Shown piece by piece: positions 29,025-39,830 of a stretch of DNA of 46,348 bases. The notes beneath the pieces are model-generated. The model was not told the origin of the DNA. It was given only the letters and a program-made list of their open reading frames with translations, and did no database searches. The translations under genes were made by a program, and so were the position numbers. Every line of letters starts with the position of its first letter. Positions within the stretch are counted from its first letter, which is position 1. Location of the stretch: the sequence record SRR2962707_3652; one strand, 5' to 3'.

Positions 29025-30788
29025 TTATTTCACTTCTTTATTAAGAATGAGAGATCTGTTGTTTTCGAAGATTATTTGAGTTTCACTGTTGGTTGGCTTT
29101 AAGTAAATCTTTGTTTCTTCGAATGGATTATATCCAACAAAGAGAGAATCATCTACAATTGTGCGAAGTTGAAGTGGATGAGGACGTAAAGCAATCGAAT
29201 TTCCTCTTGCTGAAAATGCACCAAGATCTGTCCCACCCATTAAAACCCCATTATTCCAATCATATTTGATATTTATGACTAATTCCTGAAAAGTCAATTC
29301 AATGAAGGTACGTGTCCATCCATCTTCATCATTGTTAATCACAGGAACAGAATGCAGCACTTTTTGTTTTAAGATTGAACCGAAGTGTTTCTGGAAATTT
29401 GAGATGTCTCGAACTAGAAAATTAAACAGTTGCCTATTCCAGACCAGATCAGTTGATCCCACTAGATTCATTTTTAGACTGTCTCCAGATATGATGGCTT
29501 CTAGCAAGTCTGTTGTTTTTCTATTGATTGAATATAATTCATCGCAGGACATTATGTGAGGGTATAAATCACAGATTAAAGATTGGCCTTTTAATTGTAC
29601 TTCATACCCTGACTTATTTTTTGATATCACTATGATTGCATCATCAAATTCACTAGTATAAATACCTCCAATTGATTTGTCTTGTACCTCTGATCCGCTA
29701 GGAGGAATATTAATATTTCCACCATTCAGAATATTTTCAATTACATCTCCAATAATTAAAGATTGGGCAAAGTCACCTTCATTCGAAGCAACAAAAATGA
29801 TTAGATCTTCATCTAAGTATCTTTTGTAGAAAGTGTTAAAACCTTGTGGCATAATATGACCATAGTGGCTTGCAGATTTACCTTTCCATGGTGATGATTC
29901 AATTGCCCATCCGTATGCATAGCTTTCCCAGAATGGTTGAAACCACTTATGTTGATCTGATTCATCAAGAATAACTTCATTGAATAGCCCCATTTCCCAT
30001 TTAGCTAAATCCTCAAGTGTTGTAACAATGGAACCAGAATGTAATACCCAATTATATGGTCTGCATTCTGATAATTCGGAATCAGATTGCCAAATTGAAC
30101 CGGTATATCCATGTGCTAATCGACCAGATTCCCATAGGTCATCTTCATCAAAAAGACCAGTTGATTTCATCTCCAGCGGTGCCCATAGATATTTTCTTAG
30201 ACATTCAGCAAAACTCAGATCAGTCACAATTTCTGAAATATAGGCACACAGGGCATAGCCAGCATTTGAATAACTGAAAGCACTACCAGGTTCGAACTCT
30301 AAAGGTCCATCCTTAATTTGATCGATAAATGCTGTTTGATTGATATCGCTTTGTGAATTGTTGTCCATAATTAGCAATCCCGATGTATGTGTGAGTAGGT
30401 GATGAATGGTTATTTTTTCTTTATCGCCATCAAGGCCATCTATATATTTCGATATTGGGTCATCAATGTTTATAATCCCAGCTTGTTCTAATCTTAACAT
30501 CAAAGCACCAATAAATTGCTTCGAGCAGGAAGCCATATACAGAGCTGTTTGTTTACTGAATGGAATACCATTTTCTCTGTTTGCCAAACCATATCCCTCG
30601 CTTAGAATTGTTTGTTTTCTTTTCATTATCAACACTGCACCAGCAAACCCGAATTGCTCGAGTGATTTTAGGTGTTCCCTTAGCTGCTTGACTTTTAAAT
30701 CATAGATAGAATACTCGGACTCCTTGTTTGAACTGCAATTGAGGAGTAATGAAATCAACAACAATCCGGTAACTATTTTTCTTTTCAT
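29025..30788 (-). CDS. Serine hydrolase (beta-lactamase-like) lipoprotein
   Basis: Lipobox LLNC, MASCSKQF, HHLLTHTSG, YSNAGY, HYG. Confidence 0.92.
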   Translation of the reverse strand: MKRKIVTGLLLISLLLNCSSNKESEYSIYDLKVKQLREHLKSLEQFGFAGAVLIMKRKQTILSEGYGLANRENGIPFSKQTALYMASCSKQFIGALMLRLEQAGIINIDDPISKYIDGLDGDKEKITIHHLLTHTSGLLIMDNNSQSDINQTAFIDQIKDGPLEFEPGSAFSYSNAGYALCAYISEIVTDLSFAECLRKYLWAPLEMKSTGLFDEDDLWESGRLAHGYTGSIWQSDSELSECRPYNWVLHSGSIVTTLEDLAKWEMGLFNEVILDESDQHKWFQPFWESYAYGWAIESSPWKGKSASHYGHIMPQGFNTFYKRYLDEDLIIFVASNEGDFAQSLIIGDVIENILNGGNINIPPSGSEVQDKSIGGIYTSEFDDAIIVISKNKSGYEVQLKGQSLICDLYPHIMSCDELYSINRKTTDLLEAIISGDSLKMNLVGSTDLVWNRQLFNFLVRDISNFQKHFGSILKQKVLHSVPVINNDEDGWTRTFIELTFQELVINIKYDWNNGVLMGGTDLGAFSARGNSIALRPHPLQLRTIVDDSLFVGYNPFEETKIYLKPTNSETQIIFENNRSLILNKEVK

Positions 30789-30870
30789 ATAAAGATGAAT
30801 GGTTCAATTCAGGAAAATAATGAATGATTTAATCAGAGCACCTTAATCACACATATCGAATAGGAGATAA

Positions 30871-30884
30871 GCAATATTTGACAA
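30871..30884 (+). promoter_or_regulatory. GCAA-N5-GACAA box
   Basis: GCAATATTTGACAA, 74 nt upstream of ATG 30959; identical to the 15806 copy. Confidence 0.7.
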
Positions 30885-30958
30885 GGAAAAACCAGTTCAT
30901 ATTGCGTTACATTATGAACTTATTAAATTTTAGCTCATCTAGAACAGAGAATTAGCCT

Positions 30959-33358
30959 ATGAATAGATTGACAATATTAGCTGCAATCAGAAGTCTTAAG
31001 AAAGACAAGCTTTTTTCCTTCATAAATATTACTGGACTATCACTGGGTCTTCTCATTTTTTTTCAAGTATTTCAATTCATTGCATATGAATTGAACTATG
31101 AACAATTCAATTCAAAGAAGGATTCTATTTTTAGGATAACTCACAGCATGGAGTCCGGATCCGAGCAGCTAGTAAATGCTGCCACGACTTATTTGCCAGT
31201 TGCTCCTATGTTAATGAATGCAATCCCGGAAATAGAAGATTTCGCAAGAGTGTTTTATTTAGATAGGCATGCGATAGTAAAAAATCAAGATCGGGCTTTT
31301 GAACAAGAAGGAATTGTATATGCAGACGCTTCTTTTTTTAACCTTCTTGGCTTCAAAGTACTGCAGGGATCGCCTGAAGATGATCTTACCAATCCAAATC
31401 ATGCATTTCTTTCACAAACTGCCGCAAAAAGGTTGTTTGGAGAAGAAAATCCTATTGGTAGATTTTTTACAGTTAATGAAGAGTATTACCAATTTGATTT
31501 TTTAGTGGTTGGTATTTTTGAGGATACTCCCGATAATTCACATATTCATCCAGAGGTAGTGCTATCCCTTAAAACCTATGAAAATGATCCTTTGGTTGTT
31601 GAGAATCAATGGGTATGGCCATTGTACCTTACCTATATACAATTAAATAGTGATATAAATGAAGATGAGTTACAAAGGGAGATAGACAATTTTACGGAGC
31701 TGCACCTAAATAGGCAAAAGGATGTAAAGGACTTATTGAGTATTCAAAGTCTTAATGACATTCATCTTTATTCAGATCTTGAATTTGAAATCGAAGAAAA
31801 TGGGAATATAAAATCATTATACATTTTTGCTGGAATATCAATATTCGTTTTAGTTATCTGTCTCGTTAATGTTATTAACATAAATTCTATCCGTTATCTT
31901 GAAAAAGCTAAAAGTCTTGGGGTTAGAAAAGTACTTGGCTCAAGTAATCTTCAATTTGGTAAGCAATTTTTTATCGATAACGCATTAAGTTTTGGATTGT
32001 CAACTTTGCTATCAATCGTAATATTTAGATTTTTTTCATTCAAATTTCTAGAGTACCTGAGTCTGGATAATAATTTGAATATCTTCATTCTGCCTCAATT
32101 TTGGATAATTTTTGCCCTACTCTTAATAGGTGCAATTGCTTTAGTAACCATATTTCCTTTTGGATTTATTCGACGATTGTCAATCGTCAAATCACTTAAG
32201 GGACAAACATCAAGTGCGGCAAGCAATGGCCTGACAAGAAAAACATTGATGATAGTTCAGTTCTCAATAACACTGTGCTTAATGTCTGCTATTCTGCTTG
32301 TTCAAAAGCAGTTAAGTGAAATGAGTAATGCCAATTTAGGTTTTGATTTGGATAATTTATTAGTTCTGAAGGCTCCCAGACTTGAAAGTAATGTTTCCAA
32401 TTCAGCTCAGGAATCATTCATTGAAGAAATATCAGGATTGACGGGCACAATAAGCACAAGTGCAACAAGCAGTGTGCCTTCAGTTTGGATGACATATAAT
32501 CAAAATGTAAGGAGATCCGGAACCAATAAGACTTTGGAAACGACTTTTCAAGTTATCAATTCAGATGCAAATTATCTTACTACACTAGGGGTTGATTTAA
32601 TGGAGGGAAGTCATTTGGTTGACACTGATCAGAATAAAATTATTGTTTCAAAAACTGCTGCTTCTGCATTAGGTTTTGTTGATATGGGAGAGGTTATTGG
32701 AAGCAAAGTATTGATTAATAATATTAATTATGAAATCAAGGCTGTTGCAAATGACTATCATCATTTTTCATTGCATAAATCTTTTGAACCAGTGCTTTAT
32801 TTAGCACAGATTGAGAAGGCAGAATATTTTCTAATTAGAGTAGCAGAAAATCAAAAGCTAAGTTCTTTCAAAAGAAATTTGAACGATACATGGAATCGGT
32901 TTTACTCGAAAAATCCTTTTGAATATTTTTTCCTAAGAGATATTTACAATCACCAGTATTCCAAAGACTTAGCCATAAAGAGGATTATTCTTGCTTTTAC
33001 ACTAGTCAGTTTTATGATTGCCGGGATGGGAATTTTCGGCTTGAGCTTTTATTTGATTAATAAGAGAAGAAAGGAAATCGCTATCCGAAAAGTTCTGGGA
33101 GCCGATATTAATAAATTATTTATTCTGTTAATAAAAGACTCTGTATTGCTAATAGGTTTTGCAATGTTAATTGCATTGCCAATTATCTATACTCAATCTT
33201 TGTGGTGGTTGAGGAGCTTTTCATACCAAACAAATCTATCATGGTGGATCTTTATTACTCCTATTGGTATTCTTACTTGCCTTGTCATTTCTATAACTGT
33301 TTGGAATACTTTTAATGCTAATAGAGAACATCCAATAGTTGCTCTAAAAGCTGAATAG
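30959..33358 (+). CDS. MacB/FtsX-type ABC transporter permease (no adjacent ATPase)
   Basis: SFINITGLSLG, DIHLYS, GVRKVLGS, RRKEIAIRKVLGA, HPIVALKAE. Confidence 0.95.
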   Translation: MNRLTILAAIRSLKKDKLFSFINITGLSLGLLIFFQVFQFIAYELNYEQFNSKKDSIFRITHSMESGSEQLVNAATTYLPVAPMLMNAIPEIEDFARVFYLDRHAIVKNQDRAFEQEGIVYADASFFNLLGFKVLQGSPEDDLTNPNHAFLSQTAAKRLFGEENPIGRFFTVNEEYYQFDFLVVGIFEDTPDNSHIHPEVVLSLKTYENDPLVVENQWVWPLYLTYIQLNSDINEDELQREIDNFTELHLNRQKDVKDLLSIQSLNDIHLYSDLEFEIEENGNIKSLYIFAGISIFVLVICLVNVININSIRYLEKAKSLGVRKVLGSSNLQFGKQFFIDNALSFGLSTLLSIVIFRFFSFKFLEYLSLDNNLNIFILPQFWIIFALLLIGAIALVTIFPFGFIRRLSIVKSLKGQTSSAASNGLTRKTLMIVQFSITLCLMSAILLVQKQLSEMSNANLGFDLDNLLVLKAPRLESNVSNSAQESFIEEISGLTGTISTSATSSVPSVWMTYNQNVRRSGTNKTLETTFQVINSDANYLTTLGVDLMEGSHLVDTDQNKIIVSKTAASALGFVDMGEVIGSKVLINNINYEIKAVANDYHHFSLHKSFEPVLYLAQIEKAEYFLIRVAENQKLSSFKRNLNDTWNRFYSKNPFEYFFLRDIYNHQYSKDLAIKRIILAFTLVSFMIAGMGIFGLSFYLINKRRKEIAIRKVLGADINKLFILLIKDSVLLIGFAMLIALPIIYTQSLWWLRSFSYQTNLSWWIFITPIGILTCLVISITVWNTFNANREHPIVALKAE

Positions 33359-33367
33359 GTTAGTAAA

Positions 33368-34657
33368 TTATTCTACTATTTCAATTACTCTTATAATACT
33401 TGGACTGATGATCGATTCATCCGGGTTATTTACATTAACGTCGTTAATGTAAATTCTACTACCATCTGAACTGAATGCTATGTCATTTGGCAATGAAAAT
33501 TGTGCTTCTAGTAGTGGGCCGTCGACTACACCTCGTAACCCGCTTCCAGCGAACAGACTTATATTTCTGTTAAATGTTACTCTGTGAATTTGATGTAAAC
33601 CACGCGAGGCAACATAGATATAATTCCCGTTAATTAACAAATGACCATTATTTCTTCCTGGTAGAATAGCTAAAATTGAAACATTACCATTTGGTGTTAT
33701 TTTAATTAGATTAGGATTATTAAAATTGGTCACATATAGATTACCAGATTCGTCCAAATCTATTCCGTTAGGACATGAAAAAAGTGAACCAGAAGCAAAA
33801 GTTGAAACTTCGCCGGTGGAATTTACATGGCTTATTGAGTTAGAAGAACAATTGCATACGAAAAGACTTCCGTCATCTCTTACAACTACTCCAACTGGTG
33901 CAGAGAAACCAGATGCAAATTCACTTGTATTGCCTGACTTATCAATCTTAATAATTGATTTCCCTGATAGATTTGACTGGTAGAGATTCCCATCTTTATC
34001 AAAGTCATTACCTGACGCTCCATGGAATCCTGCTGCAAAAACGGTTATCTGACCTTCAGGTGATAATTTAAACACTTTGCTTCCCCATGGATTACCTCCG
34101 GTTGTTTTGCCAAAATCACCCATATAAATATTACCATCCTCATCAATGTCCATTCCTCCAGTTCCTCCATTTATTCCGGTTAATGTTGTTACAAGGTTGT
34201 TTTGTTTTAATGTAATCGGTGTAGATGGATTTGATAACGAACCTCCCAAGATTGGATCAATAGGATAAGAAAGAACGAACACGGTATAACTAATCCCTTC
34301 AATGATCACATCACCATCTGAATCCTGCAATTCTTCAGGAAACTTTACGATAGAAGTTGGAGAAGTTGATGAAATTGGATAATAATTATCTTCTGTTAAT
34401 GCGGCTATTGAATCGAAGTTTGTTGATGCATTGGTCTTAACAACAATTAGCCTGAATTCTTGAATATGGTCAAGATGGGCTGGCTTTTTAAAGCTAACGG
34501 CCAAATCTGTGACGTCACCTAAATTCCCATAATCTTTAGCAGACACATTTGTTGGTGCTTCAATTTCAATGAATGTATCATTTGTTGGGTCACTATTCCC
34601 ACAACTCAATAGACACAATGAAGAAATAAGAATCAAAATGTTTAAAATATTAGTCAT
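33368..34657 (-). CDS. Lipoprotein: FN3-like domain plus NHL/SMP-30-like beta-propeller (likely start 34657)
   Basis: Lipobox LLSC-GNSD, DEDGNIY, DKDGNLY, PNGIDLDESGNLYV, AQFSLPNDI. Confidence 0.8.
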   Translation of the reverse strand: MTNILNILILISSLCLLSCGNSDPTNDTFIEIEAPTNVSAKDYGNLGDVTDLAVSFKKPAHLDHIQEFRLIVVKTNASTNFDSIAALTEDNYYPISSTSPTSIVKFPEELQDSDGDVIIEGISYTVFVLSYPIDPILGGSLSNPSTPITLKQNNLVTTLTGINGGTGGMDIDEDGNIYMGDFGKTTGGNPWGSKVFKLSPEGQITVFAAGFHGASGNDFDKDGNLYQSNLSGKSIIKIDKSGNTSEFASGFSAPVGVVVRDDGSLFVCNCSSNSISHVNSTGEVSTFASGSLFSCPNGIDLDESGNLYVTNFNNPNLIKITPNGNVSILAILPGRNNGHLLINGNYIYVASRGLHQIHRVTFNRNISLFAGSGLRGVVDGPLLEAQFSLPNDIAFSSDGSRIYINDVNVNNPDESIISPSIIRVIEIVE

Positions 34658-34709
34658 GAGAATTGGTTGAGTCAACTCTGACAAATTAGCACTTCGAACT
34701 AAAGATTAT

Positions 34710-34723
34710 TTGTCAATACTTGC
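34710..34723 (-). promoter_or_regulatory. GCAA-N5-GACAA box
   Basis: Minus strand GCAAGTATTGACAA, 52 nt upstream of ATG 34657. Confidence 0.7.
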
Positions 34724-34808
34724 TTAAGTAAATCCATTCAATGGGAGCCTTGACGAATAAATCCAGCCTGGAATTATCACGATCTCAAGATTATAAGTTA
34801 AAATCCAA

Positions 34809-36062
34809 CTATGGTTTTGATGGATAAATGACTAAAGCTTCAATAATGCGTCTACTTGGCTCAATGACTAAACCCAATCTCTCAAATTCTCTATCAAAAG
34901 AAGTTTTGGGATCCTCTAAACTTAAATCAAATGACAAGTCATATCTTCCGGTTAAACCTGTTTCATCAACTAATGGTTTGCTAATAAATCCTGACTTTTC
35001 TAAGTGCGTGAAAAGATCTGTGATTGTTATATTTTTTCTATTAAAGTTAGTAGCATACTGAGTTCCTTCTTCGTATTGTGATTCGCTAGAATTAGCTAGA
35101 TACCTTTCTATTTTTTTAGGATCTTTGACTTTTACGACATAAACTTCCATGCTTCTCCTTTCCAAAGCTGCTTCTATTGGCAGATCAAGCTTGCTAAGTT
35201 CTTCCTGAAAGTATTGATAAAATTCGCTTGCGCGCGTTTTAGGTACGGCAACATTTACACAATAGACATATTCTGAATCCTTATCTTCAAACAGGCTTTT
35301 ATTTACATTTTCATATACAATCCACTGTGAGTTTTTTTGAAATGCTGTACCATATATTGCGTCTAGTGGACGATTCATAATTTTCAATTGCCTGAGTCTT
35401 TCAGTCTCTTTAATTGATCTTACTGAAATTGGAAAAGCGTTGGCAACCTTTGGTTGAATCTCAAAGGCATATTCACTTTCTGGAATGTTAGGAAAGTAAC
35501 TTGCCATTGCTAGTATGTCACCAGGACGAGGGTCATTTTTAACGCTTAAATCAATGGATTTCTTATTTAAAATGTTGTTAATAACTTCTATAGTTATGTC
35601 TGACGGACTCGTAATTGCTCGTACAATACCATTTTCATCAATTATGATTGAATGTGGTATTTTGGTATGAGGGAAAAAGTTCTTCATCGAATAATCTGGA
35701 TCTGAAATAAATCTGAAAGGGTAGGGTCGTTTGCGTAAAAAATTTTCTACTCGATATGGGATCTCAGAGCTAACTGCTACAATTTCCAATTCATCTTTGT
35801 ATTCGGTAAGCAGATCATTAAGATGATCCATGGCAGGAATACATGGCCCACACCAAGTCGCCCAGAATTCAATAATAACAATCTTCCCGTTTAATTCTTT
35901 CAAGGATTTAATTTCATAGCCTTGAACGAACTCTCCTGAGATAGGAGTGTTGATGGCTGAATTTCCAATAGATAATTCCTGACCTAGCACATAGTTACTA
36001 AGTTGAATAAGAATGAAAACTGAAAGTAATCTGATCATTTTTTTTTGAACAAATGACCGCAT
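34809..36062 (-). CDS. TlpA-like thioredoxin fused to DUF3738/TIGR03435-like domain
   Basis: EFWATWCGPC; C-terminal KPLVDETGLTGRYDL..LGLVIE. Confidence 0.85.
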   Translation of the reverse strand: MRSFVQKKMIRLLSVFILIQLSNYVLGQELSIGNSAINTPISGEFVQGYEIKSLKELNGKIVIIEFWATWCGPCIPAMDHLNDLLTEYKDELEIVAVSSEIPYRVENFLRKRPYPFRFISDPDYSMKNFFPHTKIPHSIIIDENGIVRAITSPSDITIEVINNILNKKSIDLSVKNDPRPGDILAMASYFPNIPESEYAFEIQPKVANAFPISVRSIKETERLRQLKIMNRPLDAIYGTAFQKNSQWIVYENVNKSLFEDKDSEYVYCVNVAVPKTRASEFYQYFQEELSKLDLPIEAALERRSMEVYVVKVKDPKKIERYLANSSESQYEEGTQYATNFNRKNITITDLFTHLEKSGFISKPLVDETGLTGRYDLSFDLSLEDPKTSFDREFERLGLVIEPSRRIIEALVIYPSKP

Positions 36063-36110
36063 AACCTATTCAATTGCAAAGTTAGAGCTGTTAATAGGTG
36101 TTAAATCTTC

Positions 36111-36124
36111 TTGTCTAAAATTGC
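36111..36124 (-). promoter_or_regulatory. GCAA-N5-GACAA box with downstream Bacteroidota -7 element
   Basis: Minus strand GCAATTTTAGACAA followed about 26 nt later by TAACTTTG (TAnnTTTG). Confidence 0.75.
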
Positions 36125-36219
36125 TTGTTTTTATCTCACAGAATGTTCTGGAAGATTGATTGGATTATTAGCTGAACAGAGAGATAGTATTTCATATAAT
36201 TGAATTATTTATAATCTAA

Positions 36220-36813
36220 TCATATTTTGAATTTGTAGCTTAATATGAAATATAACTGCTGTATGGTTGTGCTTTCTATAACGATCCATTTTTGACTGAA
36301 GTCGTCAAAGCCTGTAAAATATGGGGTTTTTGCTGGGGTTACATATCGAATGGAACAACGAATACTGTTCTCAAATTTGACACCTATTTCCGGTTGAAGT
36401 GTAAAGTTTCTCCTAAGTGTCTTTGTTGGATTAGAGTTAAAAAAAGAAGTTACTCCAACTCCCAATTCGGCAAACAAACTTGTCTTTTTTGATGATGGAT
36501 CGTATGCTATTTTGGCTAAAACTGAACGAGCATTGGCATTTTGAGCACCCTCATAAATGGTATCTCCGACGAATTGTGTTGTTTGAGATCTTGGATATAC
36601 TTGTCCACCAAAACTCACCTCAACGCCAAAAGCCAGATAATTATTAGGTGTGAATAATCCAGAAATGGATATGACTGATCTTGATTTTGTGTTAGCTGCC
36701 ACATTGGAATTTAGAATACTCCCAAATCCAATACCTGGGACAATTGAAATATTCTGAGCAATTGTCAAAGTAGAGAAGTTAAAAAATATTAGAGCATATA
36801 GATAATACTTCAT
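36220..36813 (-). CDS. Small outer-membrane beta-barrel protein
   Basis: Signal peptide, alternating beta strands, C-terminal LSYKFKI. Confidence 0.7.
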   Translation of the reverse strand: MKYYLYALIFFNFSTLTIAQNISIVPGIGFGSILNSNVAANTKSRSVISISGLFTPNNYLAFGVEVSFGGQVYPRSQTTQFVGDTIYEGAQNANARSVLAKIAYDPSSKKTSLFAELGVGVTSFFNSNPTKTLRRNFTLQPEIGVKFENSIRCSIRYVTPAKTPYFTGFDDFSQKWIVIESTTIQQLYFILSYKFKI

Positions 36814-36951
36814 ACTTGACTGGCTTTTAACTCATCCAACTCAGTTTCAAAAGATCGATTGACAATTATGTCTAGCCATTGTACTATCTCATGTTTCAGC
36901 TTATTCATACGGCCAACTGACATTAGATGAAGAATAAGAACAACCAAGAGT

Positions 36952-37734
36952 TTAAAGCATGGTCTGGATTTCATATGGATAACTTTCGAAGCTCATTTTC
37001 ATGTGATTTCCTCCAGATAGGATTGCCTCAGTTGGGTAAATACCTGCGGGTATATTGGTGGCTCTCCAAATTCTTTGCTTCTCAACCACAATTAATAATT
37101 GATGTGCATTTCCTATAGCCGCGAAGTTGTTTGCAGGAGGACTATAACATTCTATGCCGATAGAGTCCTTAACATCATTGATTGCCTTCTGTACATCCTT
37201 AACTACCAATCCTATTTCACTCGCATATAAGATGCTTTTAGAACTAAAAGAATGATCTGTGGAGTTATTGAGTGTGTGTCTGGCTATAAACTCAACAAGA
37301 TTACCAGAAGGATCAAAGAAGTACAACATGTGAGCATCCCATCTAGGAGAGTAAAAAATCTTTTTACCGTCTCTTGGATTGGGTAAAATTGTGATTCCTT
37401 TCGCTTCAACCCATTGTTTTGCCTCTTCAATCTTATTCTCAGGAATGTTGAAGGCAAAGTGATACATAGGGTTCGAATAACTTGTGTTATTTGAGAATGT
37501 TATAAGAGTTTCTCCAGCATTTACACCTATGCTATTGACATTATTGGAAACCTTTAATCCTAAAACATCTTCATAAAATTTAATTTGATCTTTCAGATGA
37601 TCAACAATAAGGTTTAACCTTTGAATACCACCTAATTTAAATGCAGGGTAGATTTCACTAAAGGGATGAAAACCACTTATCAAAGCAGATCCAAAAAGTA
37701 GTGATGAGCTTGTGATGAAATGTCTTCTATTCAT
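36952..37734 (-). CDS. VOC/glyoxalase family protein with Tat signal
   Basis: MNRRHFI twin-Arg, FYEDVLGL, YHFAFNIP, YFFDPSGNLVEFIAR, SEIGLV. Confidence 0.9.
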   Translation of the reverse strand: MNRRHFITSSSLLFGSALISGFHPFSEIYPAFKLGGIQRLNLIVDHLKDQIKFYEDVLGLKVSNNVNSIGVNAGETLITFSNNTSYSNPMYHFAFNIPENKIEEAKQWVEAKGITILPNPRDGKKIFYSPRWDAHMLYFFDPSGNLVEFIARHTLNNSTDHSFSSKSILYASEIGLVVKDVQKAINDVKDSIGIECYSPPANNFAAIGNAHQLLIVVEKQRIWRATNIPAGIYPTEAILSGGNHMKMSFESYPYEIQTML

Positions 37735-37801
37735 AGTTCTCGATTACAAAGACTTACAGATATTCTTAATCGCAACTTATGTAGATAAAGAATCATTGTC
37801 T

Positions 37802-37815
37802 TTGTCAAATCTTGC
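37802..37815 (-). promoter_or_regulatory. GCAA-N5-GACAA box
   Basis: Minus strand GCAAGATTTGACAA, 67 nt upstream of ATG 37734. Confidence 0.7.
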
Positions 37816-37881
37816 TTGATTGTATTGGAATCGCAGTATTGCTGTTGCTTTTGGGTATTATTGGATTTCAACATTCATTCC

Positions 37882-39291
37882 ATGAAATATCCAATGATTA
37901 CTCTGCTACTACTTCTTTTCGCCTGTGACAATGACGTTGTTGCAGAACCTTCAGTATTGACCAATATTAAAATCTCACCCTCCCAAACCGCTTATAGTCT
38001 AGAAAGTACATCAAAAGTTCAACTTTCAGCTAAGGGATTTGATCAAAACAATCAATTGATGCCCGATATTGAATTTATTTGGACCTCTTCAGATGAATCA
38101 ATAGCCAATGTTAATCAAGTAGGATTAGCCACTTTCTTAAATGATGGACAGGTAACATTGACAGCATCTTCATCCTCAATTTTTGGTTCGATTGAATTGA
38201 GCATTTCTGCTCCATTAACGCTTGAGGAGTTTATAGAGAAAGAAGTTACCTTATCAAATATTCCAGCTCTTACTGCAGCCATGATCAAGGGTGAAGATAT
38301 TGTTTGGTCAAAGAGCTTTGGGATACACCAAGCAAGCACAAATGCTGTGGCGGATGAGAGGACTCTCTACGTAACGTCCTCAATAGCAAAGTTGGTGGTA
38401 GCAGTAGCCGTTATGCAGCAATTTGAAATTGGGGCTATTGATTTGGATGAAGATATCAGCACTTACCTGGGATATACAATGCGTAACATAAATTTCCCTA
38501 AAACAATATTAACACCCAGACTTTTGCTTGCGCATCAGGCAGGATTGGCAAATCCGAGTTCTGAATCCCCCGAAATAAATACACCCTACACTGATAGTAC
38601 ATTTGTGATTGGTTCCTGGATTTATGATTTTCTGGTTCCAGAAGGGAAAATGTATAACCCTAATCTATGGTTAAATATAGAACCTGGGACAAATCATTCT
38701 AGCTCCAATCTTGGTGTTACGCTTCTTGCACATTTGGTAGAAAAAGTTTCAGGGATGGATTTTAGAGAATATAGTGAGGAGATGATATTTTCTAAACTTG
38801 GTATGATAAGTACTGGATACAAAATGAATCAACCTGGAAGTTTCAATGAAGAATTGCTTGCAGATATATATGCGAATAATGGATCAATATTTCCTGCTTA
38901 TTTTGATGGGGCCTTATATCCTGCAGGATTTTTAAGAACAAATATTGGAGATTGGAGCATATTCATGGCCACCATCTTAAATAATGGAACTTACAAAGGA
39001 ATTAGAATACTAAATGAAAATACTGTTGATGAAATGCTGAATGTTAAGTTCCCCAATGCCGGATTGGCATTTAATTCTGGTATTGGATTGATGTGGCGTT
39101 CTTATGGAGCTAACAATGATTGGTTGGGACATACTGGAGGAGGTTTTATCACCGCTAGTGTAGACCTAAATCGGGAAACTAAATCTGCTGTATTAATTTT
39201 TACAAATGGGCGAGGGAAGTTACCCGTGATGCCGGATCCTGAGAAGGGGACTATTTACAAAAGGTTACACAAGGAAGTGTTGGAATATTGA
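37882..39291 (+). CDS. Lipoprotein: Big_2-type Ig domain plus beta-lactamase-like serine hydrolase (likely start 37882)
   Basis: Lipobox LFAC-DND, WTSSDESIANV, SSIAK, LLAHQAG, SSNLG, GHTGG. Confidence 0.88.
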   Translation: MKYPMITLLLLLFACDNDVVAEPSVLTNIKISPSQTAYSLESTSKVQLSAKGFDQNNQLMPDIEFIWTSSDESIANVNQVGLATFLNDGQVTLTASSSSIFGSIELSISAPLTLEEFIEKEVTLSNIPALTAAMIKGEDIVWSKSFGIHQASTNAVADERTLYVTSSIAKLVVAVAVMQQFEIGAIDLDEDISTYLGYTMRNINFPKTILTPRLLLAHQAGLANPSSESPEINTPYTDSTFVIGSWIYDFLVPEGKMYNPNLWLNIEPGTNHSSSNLGVTLLAHLVEKVSGMDFREYSEEMIFSKLGMISTGYKMNQPGSFNEELLADIYANNGSIFPAYFDGALYPAGFLRTNIGDWSIFMATILNNGTYKGIRILNENTVDEMLNVKFPNAGLAFNSGIGLMWRSYGANNDWLGHTGGGFITASVDLNRETKSAVLIFTNGRGKLPVMPDPEKGTIYKRLHKEVLEY

Positions 39292-39470
39292 TTGCATTTT
39301 TATGAAGAGCAATGGGCAATTATTGATAAACAATAGATAGGATAATATCCTATTTTTAAAAAATCCAATTCCAATTCATAGTACTGTATCTCTATAGCAT
39401 TAATGTTCATTAGTTAGGGTTTTGACTTATCAAGTGGAGTTTTGTTCAATGGAGGTTACAGTGGAAGTAG

Positions 39471-39491
39471 AATCCCAGATTATCTGGGATT
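39471..39491. repeat. ATCCC...GGGAT palindrome
   Basis: AATCCCAGAT-t-ATCTGGGATT. Confidence 0.8.
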
Positions 39492-39802
39492 TTACATTTC
39501 TATCAACGAATTGAATTAGGAAGTAATTCGATCCAAAAAAGCTTACTGGATGATTTCTATCAATATAGAATCGTAACAATCAGTTGTTAATCCAAGAATT
39601 ATCCAGATGTATATGTCAATACACAGCAGAGTAGATGGATTAATTCTCTTTAAAATGGCAATTTTAGATAAAAGAATTTCTAAGCATCCATGTTACCTTG
39701 CTTAATGAGTAATTGCCTCTGGATCAATTACTATAAGGTTTTAAATCATTAAGTAGTTGGGATTAATTTATAGAGTTTTTAACAATAGTGGATAGTTGCA
39801 CG

Positions 39803-39830
39803 AAATCCCAGACTCAGTTCTGGGATTTTT
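39803..39830 (+). terminator. ATCCC...GGGAT hairpin with U-tract
   Basis: AAATCCCAGA-ctcagt-TCTGGGATTT-TT. Confidence 0.6.

Noticed and set aside
30894-30920. AGTTCATA-N11-TATGAACT as a dif/Xer site
   Set aside because: Spacer is too long for the 11-6-11 dif geometry and it is single copy; could be a local operator at most.
15806-37815. Reading the shared box as merely a TTGACA -35 element
   Set aside because: Several copies lack TTGACA (CTGACA, TCGACA, TAGACA) while GCAA is invariant, and Bacteroidota primary-sigma promoters use -33 TTTG / -7 TAnnTTTG.
12831-39291. Calling the SxxK hydrolases true beta-lactamases (ampC)
   Set aside because: Motifs only place them in the broad serine hydrolase family that includes peptidases and esterases; substrate cannot be read from sequence.
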